A stretch of 64,000 nt of DNA, taken from NCBI GenBank assembly GCA_009914755.4, contig CP068257.2:9024001-9088000 (forward strand), read 5' to 3'. Made by a program: the position numbers and the translations under genes. A model generated the notes under the pieces. It was not told the DNA's origin. It made no database searches and saw only the letters and a list, made by a program, of their open reading frames with translations. How positions within the stretch are numbered: the stretch's first letter is position 1; each line of letters starts with the position of its first letter. Positions 54,001-64,000 of this stretch are shown here, piece by piece. Source of the stretch: the human T2T-CHM13v2.0 reference genome, Homo sapiens.

Positions 54001-56141
54001 TTTCAGATTAATTGATTAGTTGGCTTGCTTTTATTGGATAATTTTACTATTCTGGACTTGTATTACCTATAAAATATTGGCAAATTCATTTTTAAAAAAG
54101 ACACTAAGAGATGACTGGGATTCCATATGATATTTGGAGTAGCAGAAAAATCCCCAATTAAACAATGACTACAAACTGTTGGAAGCAAATCTAATGAAGT
54201 TCATTGTATCTACCTGGAATATATGGATTTGGGAAGAAAAGCTTAATCGAGCCATATAGACCTAAAATAAACAAAAATAAAGGCATTTGCAACTTTTCCT
54301 TCGGGAAGTTTTTTCTACTACTTTTTCATGTGTCCCCAGCTTCAGCTCATTACTTGCCACTCTAGTTTTCTCTTTTTTCATTATTCAAACTTAGTCAATC
54401 ACATGTTTCTGTCTGATCAACTATTTATTGATCTCCTAAAGAAGACATTCTTCCTACATTAGAACCATGTTCTACTGTTTTCATCCTAGATTGACAGTAC
54501 CTCCCACTTATTTTCATGTTCTAGGCAATGGGTAGCTTTGTTCTGCAGCTAAAATATTCTATGACACTATGATCGAAAGTGCCATGAACAAAAGTGAATG
54601 GACTTTTAATGATGAGAATGTGGGGTTCACTAGGAGTGCTGCATTCTATATGTAAAATGCAAGTTTTGGAGTCAAGATTGGAATACAGATTTTAACACGT
54701 TACAATCTACCGTTACAAGTAAAAGTAATCTGCCATTGCTTTTAGTGGCAAAACCGCAATTGCTTTTGCACCATGCTAATACTTTCCATACGTGATCTTA
54801 AATAGGAAGATATAACTAGAGACTTAATTATATTTAAAATGGAGATAAATAATATGAATGATAAAGTTGTATTATTTTATCTAATGAGATAATATGTAAA
54901 AGTTTTTAGCAGAGTGTTTGAAATATAGTAAATTTTCAATAAACATTCTCATTACTAGTTAGTATTTTATACTGTAGGTATATATTTTTGGAAAGAGTAT
55001 GCAATAAATGTTTAGCAATTCTTTTCGCCAGTTTTCTTTGATGGAATAATGTTTTCAAGTTTGAATCAACGAGGTTTAGGTGCACCTAGTAAATCTGTAA
55101 ATTCTAGAATTTGTCCATGACCCAGTTCTGACCAGGGGATTCCAACTGGATGGTTGTAATTGATTTGTCCAGATATGAACATGTGACCCAATCTAGACAT
55201 AAAATTAAATCTTAGCTGTTCCCTAGATAAGAGAAATAAAATTCTGACCACATCATTTTATTTCCTGACTCTAAAATTAACTATAATTCTAGACTTTTTA
55301 GTTATACACAATTGTGTTTGAGAGCTATCTCATATCAACTTGTGAGATCCAACTATTAAATTTTTAGAAATTTTTTGAGGTCATTTTTAGACACAGAAAT
55401 TATTAAAATAAACATGTTAATTTATAATTAAATTATATTAAAAATAAGGAAAATAAATTACTTAAATTCATCACTTCCTAAGTATTTTGCTATATTTTGC
55501 TGTGATTTATGCTACCAAAAATACTTACATAGATGACGTTTGTATCATGGCAACATTATATAATGGCAAGCTAATGTGCATCTCTCCAGCTCCCTATTAG
55601 TGGCCTTAGGTTGTACCTTGTAATTCCGTCATGAAGAGAATATTTACAGCATGAAAATTAACACCGCATATCAGGGTTAGATTTAATATTTTGATTGTGT
55701 AGAATTAATAAAAGTAATTAATAAAAGTAAAAATGAAGAATGAATAAAAGTATTCTAATAATGCAAATTATTTTTTAAATTGTGTCTGTAACCATTACAT
55801 TGCGAACAGCCCCAACATACAAGGACATATCCTTGTATTAAATATTCATGATTCTCAGAAAAGTGATTCTATCATTGGTGAACAGGTAAAGGTTTTAATT
55901 AATTTTACTTCTATCTTACCACTAATGTACATAAAAATAGTAACCAATGTTCATATTGAAACTCTATTCATTTGCTGATTGCAGTCAGTTATCTATGGAT
56001 TTAAGAGTTTGGCAAAAATTAACAAAAACTCCCCCTGAAAAGGGAACTAATATTTTATTACTTGTGTGTTATATGCTCTGCGTCCTTATATTAGTAAAAC
56101 ATTTAAAAAGTTGCATATAAAACTTTTTTGAGAGATAATTC

Positions 56142-56446
56142 TTTTTTTTTTTTTTTTTTTTCTGAGATGGAGTCTCGCTCTGTCGCCCAGGCTGGAGTGC
56201 AGTGGCGCAGTCTCGGCTCATTGCAAGCTCCGCCTCCCGTGTTCACGCCATTCTCCTGCCCCAGCCTCCTGAGTAGCCGGGATTGCAGGCACCCGCCACC
56301 ATGCCCGACTAATTTTTTGTGTGTGTTTTTAGTAGAGATGGGGTTTCACCGTGTTAGCCAGGATGGTCTCGATCTCCTGACCTCGTTATCCACCCGCCTC
56401 AGCCTCCCAAAGTGCTGGGATTGCAGGTGTGAGCCACGGCGCCCGG
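56142..56446 (-). mobile_element. Alu SINE, full length, AluY/S-like, TSD gagagat(a/g)attc
   Basis: A T20 run is followed by ctgagatggagtctcgctctgtcgcccaggctggagtgcagtggcgcagtctcggctcattgcaagctccgcctcccgtgttcacgcc...gggattgcaggtgtgagccacggcgcccgg. Flanking copies lie at 56130-56141 and 56449-56460. Confidence 0.95.
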
Positions 56447-57322
56447 TGGAGAGATGATTCTCAAATATTTACTTGCTCACACTGGTTATAAGCTAATTAT
56501 TAAGAGAGTTAAGTAGTATTTTTACCATATGTTCCTGAGTCAGTTGTACTTGTTAAAGGAGTGTTGCAAGTAATAAACCTTAGCATGCACAATTAGATTT
56601 ATTAATTGAGATGAGATATGTAGCAGAAAAGTGTTTAATTTCCAAGTAGGAAGTGGATAATACCTGTTGAATGATATACATTAAATATTAAAGAGTTAAC
56701 TGCTAAAGCTCAGATATCAGATCATCTGCCTATCCATAAAGATATTTTAATGTGTCTTTTTATAAAATGCCAGACTATTTGTAAAAGAAAAAAATCAATA
56801 TGCTTGCCAAGAGAAGTTGTATCAAATAAAGACAAATGTGTTTATTATAGGATCAAGAAAGCTGAATTCTCCATTTTAAATGGAAAATTGTATGAGGAAA
56901 TTCAAAGAGGAGTGAGATATAGCAGAAAACAAAATTGGCATCTGGGGAAATCTTATATTAATGCTCCTTACTAGTTCTTTCTGGAAACTTTATAACCATG
57001 CCTGACAAAGTGACAGTTACTCAAACTTTAAAGAGCCAGCTTCTGTGACCAGCATGGGGTGCATGGGAAAAGATTATTTATCTCTCTCTTTCTGGCCTAA
57101 TACTTCACACATTGCTCTTGGACAGAGAAGAATGAAGATCATTTAAATGACGTCTAGCAACATGCACTGAGTTTTAACTTCTTTTATGAAGAGACGGAAA
57201 CCTCCAGATTGTGGTTTTGATTCAGGAACCATAGCTCAATAAAATATCTACCCCTTTTGTTATTAATTTATGATGCACATCGAAATAAATTGACTAGAAG
57301 AAAGTAAATTTTTAGGTGTTGA

Positions 57323-57622
57323 TTTTTTTTTTTCTTTTTGAGACGGAGTCTCACTCTATCACCCAGGCTGGAGTGCAGTGGCACAATCTTGGCTCACTGC
57401 AAGCTCCACCTCCCAAGTTCATGCCATTCTCCTGCCTCAGCCTCCTGAGTAGCTGGGACTACAGGTGCCCACCACCAAGCCCGGCTAATTTGTTGTATTT
57501 TTTTAGTAGAAACGAGGTTTCACTGTGTTAGCCAGGATGGTCTTAATCTCTTGACCTTATGATCCACCTGCCTCAGCCTCCCAAAATGCAGGGATTACAG
57601 GTGTGAGCCACCGCGCCCGGCC
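57323..57622 (-). mobile_element. Alu SINE, full length, AluS-like
   Basis: Poly-T (tttttttttttttcttttt) is followed by gagacggagtctcactctatcacccaggctggagtgcagtggcacaatcttggctcactgcaagctccacctcccaagttcatgcc...gattacaggtgtgagccaccgcgcccggcc. Confidence 0.95.
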
Positions 57623-57704
57623 CCTAAAATGGCTTTTAAGTATTTTCTTGAATGAAAACACCAGATATATTCAACAGCAATACTAACATTAAAAAGACTT
57701 GGCA

Positions 57705-58001
57705 GCTGGGCGCAGTGGCATACACCTGTAATCCCAGCGCTTTGGGAGGCTGAGGCAGATGGATTCATTGAGGTCAGGAGTTCAAGACTAGCCTGACCAA
57801 CATAGTGAAACACCATCTCTACTAAAAATACAAAATTAGCTGGGCATGATGGCGGTTGCCTGTAATCCCAGCTACTCAGGAGGCTGAGGCTGGAGAATTG
57901 CTTGAACCCAGGAGGTGGACGTTACAGTGAGCCGAGATCACGCCACTGCACTCAAGTCAGGGTGACAGATTCCGTCTCAAAAAACAAAACACAACAAAAC
58001 A
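57705..58001 (+). mobile_element. Alu SINE, AluS-like, 13-bp TSD aaaagacttggca. It lies inverted relative to the previous Alu, 82 bp away.
   Basis: The element runs gctgggcgcagtggcatacacctgtaatcccagcgctttgggaggctgaggcagatggattcattgaggtcaggagttcaagactagcctgaccaacatagtgaaacaccatctc...cgtctcaaaaaacaaaacacaacaaaacaaaa. Direct repeats aaaagacttggca lie at 57692-57704 and 58002-58014. Confidence 0.95.
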
Positions 58002-61000
58002 AAAAGACTTGGCAAACAAACCATTGTCATTCTTTGGATAACAATTTTTTAACCATTTCCAATTTAAGGTCCAAGTGTCCAGACCCCCACGTCTGTAAGA
58101 GATCACTACAAGTCACAAACGTTCAGGAAAACAATAATCCTAGCTTGTACTTCCCAATAATTAATTAGAAGTGTCTCTTCTGCAATTTGATTGAATCATC
58201 TCCAAGGAAAAACACTGCTGTAAAACATAAATATATATATATATCATTATGTATATATGGGTACAATTTTAAATACATTTCATTACGTTGATGTACTCTC
58301 AAAAATAAAAAACATGCAAACTAAACTCCTGTTGCTTAGACAATACTATAGATACATGTAGTCAATAACTTTTCTCCTGAACTGTTATCTCAATGAAATA
58401 GACTGATCTTTAACCAAAAGAAATGTGAAGATAATCAGTATGGGATTACATTTCCTTTATAATGGCTTTAATCAAGTGTAACTATATTACTGAGTATAAC
58501 TACAATTGCATTAAATTGCAATTTACTTAAGAATATTCAAGAATCCTTAAATTTTCAAAATATAAATAAAACCAAACAATATTAAAACTGATTTTCAACA
58601 GAAAATGTTTTTACCTTGTATTAAAATTATTAGACACACTACAATTACCCAACTTAAATCTGTTCCAGTTATTTTTCTGAATCCAGAAGCTAGTAACATA
58701 TAATATCTCTGTAACATCTTTACAAGATAGTTTTATATATGACATATTTACAATCACTTAAATGTCGTTTTTGCTACCAATTGACTTGCGAAAATTCATA
58801 CAATATCCTCATTTTTCAAGTAATAAGCTATTTTATGTAGTTAACATTGAGATTGCTCCAACAATCCATTTTCCTCAAACTGTATTTTCTTCCTCTGAAA
58901 TCCAAATTAATCATAGATGGTAATAGCTTTTGTGGAAGTAGAACTAAGGAGGAGATTTAATGAGTGATTAGTGGACAATTATCTTAGTTCTTTTTACAAA
59001 ATTAGAAGACTTTTTAAAACAAATTCACAATCTTTTTTATATTTGAATATCTTATCCACAGCTTGGATATGAAAACTTGTATTTTTTATGTTTATACACT
59101 CTAGTTTTGAGTTACTTTGTACCATAATCTATTATGGACAAAAAATAAAAATGCTTATAGAGCACAGAATTTCACAAAGTATGAAACATAATCCTTACCC
59201 CTTCACCCTTTCTGAAAAAGATTATAATAGAAAGAATGATTATAAAAAATGCATATGTAGCATAAGAACTATTTTCAAATCCTGATTCTATTGCTGATAA
59301 TAAGGATATGGCATCTCTTTAAAAAGAAGATAACTGTGGCTTTTTTAAAATATAGCCACGAATACTTTGAATGTCCTCACATCAAAGGGTAGACATCATG
59401 TTTCTTCCCCCTGAAGTCAGACAGGCTGTGATTGCTTAAACCAACTCAGCATTAAAGTAATTCTATGTGACTTCTGAGGCAAGATTATTAAAGGCAATAC
59501 ATTGACCCATTAACTGCAACACTCAGGCAAGCTACCTGTATGATTCCATGTTGTGAGGAAGCTCAAGTTACATGAAGAAGCAATATTCAGACACTCTGGT
59601 TAAGAGATTATTTTGAGCGCAGCCTTTAAGTCATACCAATGCAGGAGCCAAACGTAAAGAAGCTTTCAGAAAACTTCATTGTCCAACGTTTAATTCATTC
59701 CTAGATATCTAGGAATTCTCAGAGGCCCCAATTACTGTAGACCACAGAGATGTCACCCCACTTTGCATTTTTGACCCCCTGACCCCAGAATATATGAGGA
59801 TGACAAAATGGTTATTGCATCACACCACTGAATTTGAGTAGTTTGTTTTGCAGAAGTAACTAGCAGAAGCAATCACAAATAGAATGTTTTCTTTCTCCAC
59901 AATTTGGAACACCATCACAAAAAGGAAAGAAGAGAAAACGTGGCATAGCATAAACCTGAGTCTTCCATTTGATAGCTGTAAATTTTGGTAATTGGTATTT
60001 AAATCTTGGATGATATTCTCATATTCTGGGCATTTATGAAAGGTTAAATTAGATAGTGTAATTAAAGTATCAGACACAATTGTGCTTTCAACAAAAAAAT
60101 GCATAGTTATTTTATTCCTCCCCTTATTATTAAATAAATTTTAATAGGTCTTTTTATAGGTGAAACATTATTGCCAGAAAAGAATTTCAAACTATATAAA
60201 TGAGAAAAAAACAATGTTTGGCTTTTTTGAAATTAAGGAAAATTTCATAGTGCAAGAGGTATTGGTAATGCAGTCTATAGACATAAAAATTTCTTTCATT
60301 TTAATAAATACATGACTATCTCACAGGAGGAATACAATGTTTGAGATACACAGGTAAATAAAGGGTTGCATTTCCAGTCCTCATGGAATTTAGAATCTAG
60401 CAGGTAAATAAATGGGAATCACAAACAATTTTTAGCCCGATGAGTTTTTAATAAAGAGAAGACTACAATACTATGGGAATATAGAGCAGCAAAATTTGCC
60501 CTTGTCTCCTCGAAAATAAACCATTAAACTGATTCAAAATAATAGACAGTAGCTAGCAAATACTAGAGAATATGCCTTGAAGAAGCAGCAATAGACATAA
60601 AAGCTGTGAGAAGAAAGAATGCAGAACATCTTAGCGAAATTGAGACACAACTAGTGTGTTTGGGTCATAGACACCAGTAAGGGCACGTGACTGGAGAAAG
60701 AAGTCAGGGTTATATGAAAAGGACCTTTAGTAGATTACTGAATTTCTCTTAAGGGCAATAGTATATTATTCAAAGGGGTTAAGCAAGTGATTTCAGATAT
60801 TTGCTTTAAAATGTTAGCTAAAGAACGCACAATCTACATGACTCTCCAGAGTAAAACTCTTAGGGATTTTCATACTTTTTTTTCCCTTTTGATGCTCATG
60901 ACACACCCTCATTCAAAAAAGGTTTGGCATTATTCTTCTATAATTGTACAATGGACATAAGAATAATTGATTTATGATTCGTACTGTCATGCCCTGATTT

Positions 61001-64000
61001 AGGAATCAGAAATATAAAGCCTTTTTATCACATACATGATTCAACTGGCAAACTTATTTAAATTTATCGCTATTCTTTCATGATTCTTTAAAAAAAAATC
61101 CTACAAAATGAGTTCACACTGTAAACTGTTTCCCAAGTATAGCAGGAGATTTCATAGAAATATATTTAAAGAGGATTAGTTAAGTTTTGAAAAACTAGTA
61201 TGTACCTTTATATAATTACCAAACAGGAGAACAAAATATTATATTATATTATGATAAACCTTTCATTATTATTTTTTGTCATAGTATCAAATGTCTATAT
61301 ATTTGCTTCACATTTAACTATTGACACTGGTAGTTTGAAAGCCTCTTAGTCTTTCTTGCTGTCTAATGGATGCTTGCTTAACGGACCTTGATAATATTGT
61401 AGGCTTGAATTTATATAAATCTTACCTCCAGAACACACAATCCAATAACTACCTATCCTATACAGATGGTCCAGATATTCTACCTATGTCTTTCTGGTCT
61501 CATTCATAGAAGTTATTTCTACTACTAGTACACTCTTCTCATGAGAAAACAAATAAAAAACAAAAACAAAAAAAAAGTCTACTTCCTCTTCACTCTCTTG
61601 CTTCTGCTCCATCTCATGAATTCTATTTGCTGGTTCTTTGTTCATGGAAACATTGCTTGGATCCAGAATGTGACTTTGCTTTCTGTGGTGCTGGCTCTTC
61701 TGCTAGCTTCTTTCCTTTAATCTTTTTATTAAAAATCATTCTAACATATTTTATTTTCAGCGTATTTTCTAGCAACATTCATCAGAATTAATAAGGAATC
61801 TCTGCTTAAAGTTAAGCATTATGGCTATGTAAGTTAAATGAAAGCATATTCAACATGTATAAATATTGGCATACAGCATAGCATCCAAGGACATAGTCTT
61901 AAAAGATAATTAAAACACTTAACTTTTATATGTGAGAGCTTGTTTTGAAAATGAAACTCTACACCCATACACAAACATAACATTTAGCAGAAAATTTTCA
62001 AGTTTTTTCAAAGGAATGTCACCTACTATGATCACAAAAGTTGGATGTCAGGAGTAATTAATTATCTCATACTTTTAGCCACAATGCTTAGACAGTAGGA
62101 ATTAAAGTTTTAAATTGGGACATAAATCTGGAATAAAAAGTTAAATTGGCTCTGTGGGATCTTATGTATAACTAAGAATGCTTATATTTTTCACCAAACT
62201 ATTCTCTTTTAAAGGTTTGCTTTATAGCCAATTAATTTTGCTGTATTGCGAGTCATGTATTTAATAATGAGAAAAAAACATGTTTTCTATATGTTGTTTT
62301 AGAAGAGATGGAAAAGCACTTCAGAATTTTGTCAGAAAAAAAGAAATATGTATCAAAGTAATTTTTCACTTTGTTACAAATTTGAGTGTGTCAACATCTA
62401 CTCTATATATTAAAGTCTATTCGACACATGCATAAATAATGGAATTAATAATATAAAATATAAATGACTGTGCAAGTAAGTTGACAAATTGTTGGAAGTT
62501 ATTTGCTAGAACATGAAAGTCAAATAATAAAAGTTGGGGAATACCAAAATATCATGTGCTTTTTTATCTGTCTAGGGAGATTGATTACTTAATCCACTTC
62601 TTTTTAAAGCTTCATGAGCACTCAAATATATTGTAACTCTTTCTGAATGAAAACATAATATTCATACAATGAGCGTGAGGATTTCATGTTGATCTTCCTA
62701 TTGTCTTTTAACAACAAAACAACCTTTCAAACATAACAATGTAAAACAAAAATTATTTGAGTATCTAACAGACTTCTCTTGGAGAAAGAAATATACTGAG
62801 ACCCAATTTGCTGTAGAGAGTGAGATTCGAAAGCATATTTTAGAAGAAGGGAGAGAAATTAAAGAAAACCTTAATTTCCTTAAATAAGAAATGCTGAAGT
62901 TCCACCTCTAGAATGGCTATGTGAAGAGCTCCATGAATCTTTTATAAAATTGTTGAAAATTATACAACAACCATCACCTATGTCACTTGAAAAGTCTTAA
63001 TGGTACATAGAAAATGATGAAGTATTTATTCAAGAAAATCTACTGAAACTAAGAACAGTAAGAGTTTTTTTGCATTTTATCCACAACCCATTCTTACCTC
63101 TCTTTCTCACAGACTATCTTGATATAAATTCTACTCAAGGCAATGTAGCCAAGAACACAGAACTTTTACTAGACCCCACTGGGGGGCTATAGCATCTTTC
63201 TGGGAGTAATAGTACATCAGAATTTTTCATTTCAACCCCCACCTACTGCCACTACCTGTTCTTGAGATTAAGCTTTTGTGGAATGTGGCCAAGAAGTAGG
63301 ATGTCACTTCTTCCTACCAGCTCTAATTCATGGAATGAGGACTGTTTGGGTGCAACACACTGAGAACATTGAGCCCTGATTGCCTTCTTTCTGGTTTGTC
63401 TGTAAGGCAAAGTTCTCATTCCAGGAGTGGCAAGCTGAGATTACCAATGGCTACTTCTCATCCCAGTGACCCAGTCTCCAGGAAGGGCTGTCACTCCGAG
63501 AGGAGAATGCTGCTCTCTTTGCTGCAATCACCAGAGCCAAAGCTCAGAAGCTTTGCCCAAAGGAAGGGGCAGAACACAGAGCAGAGAGTGTAAAGCTTTT
63601 CCCAAAAGAAGAGTTTGGGGAAATTCAACCATAAGGGTACTTTGAAAAACAATGAAGTGATGGTAAAAAGCAAATAAGAGAGACTGGCACTTTATTAGAG
63701 ACATATGCTTTGAAACAAATATCAGCTAGTTTACCAGGAATAACCCAGGAAAAAGACAGCTAAGAAGAGCCCCTCTGGTGTCAGGAAGAAGTTTCAAATG
63801 CTGAACAAATGAAAAGACCTGAAATAATAAATAAGACTGTTAATATAACAAAAGCTGTAAATACATAGTACGTTTCTTTTTATCTCTTTTTTTAAGACAT
63901 AAAATTACGTCAAGTGTGTTAGTCTGTTCATGCTGATACATATATATACCAGAGACTGAGAAATTTTTAAAGAAGAAATTTATTTCTCATAGTTCTGCAG

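Overview
This window is primate, almost certainly human, nuclear genomic DNA, not a prokaryotic locus. The evidence is at least 14 Alu SINEs with poly-A tails and target-site duplications, two MaLR (MSTA/THE1-like) solo LTRs, two old L1 fragments, many AT-rich microsatellites, roughly two-thirds A+T overall, and no CpG island. No protein-coding gene, exon, rRNA, tRNA, CRISPR array or operon-like structure can be supported from the sequence. Every ORF in the supplied track is at most 112 aa, and most lie inside Alus, simple repeats or compositionally biased DNA. The best-supported description is a gene-poor intergenic or deep-intronic, AT-rich region with an Alu cluster at 20.8-26.5 kb and long Alu-free AT-rich stretches. 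I therefore do not claim a novel biological system here. The structures that do merit a second look are a near-perfect 73-bp-arm AT-rich palindrome near 1.8 kb, a rearranged local duplication whose relative timing is set by an Alu insertion, a young 5'-truncated AluY with a clean TSD, two closely spaced inverted Alu pairs, and a GC-richer LTR-like block with an internal tandem duplication near 50.2-51.0 kb.
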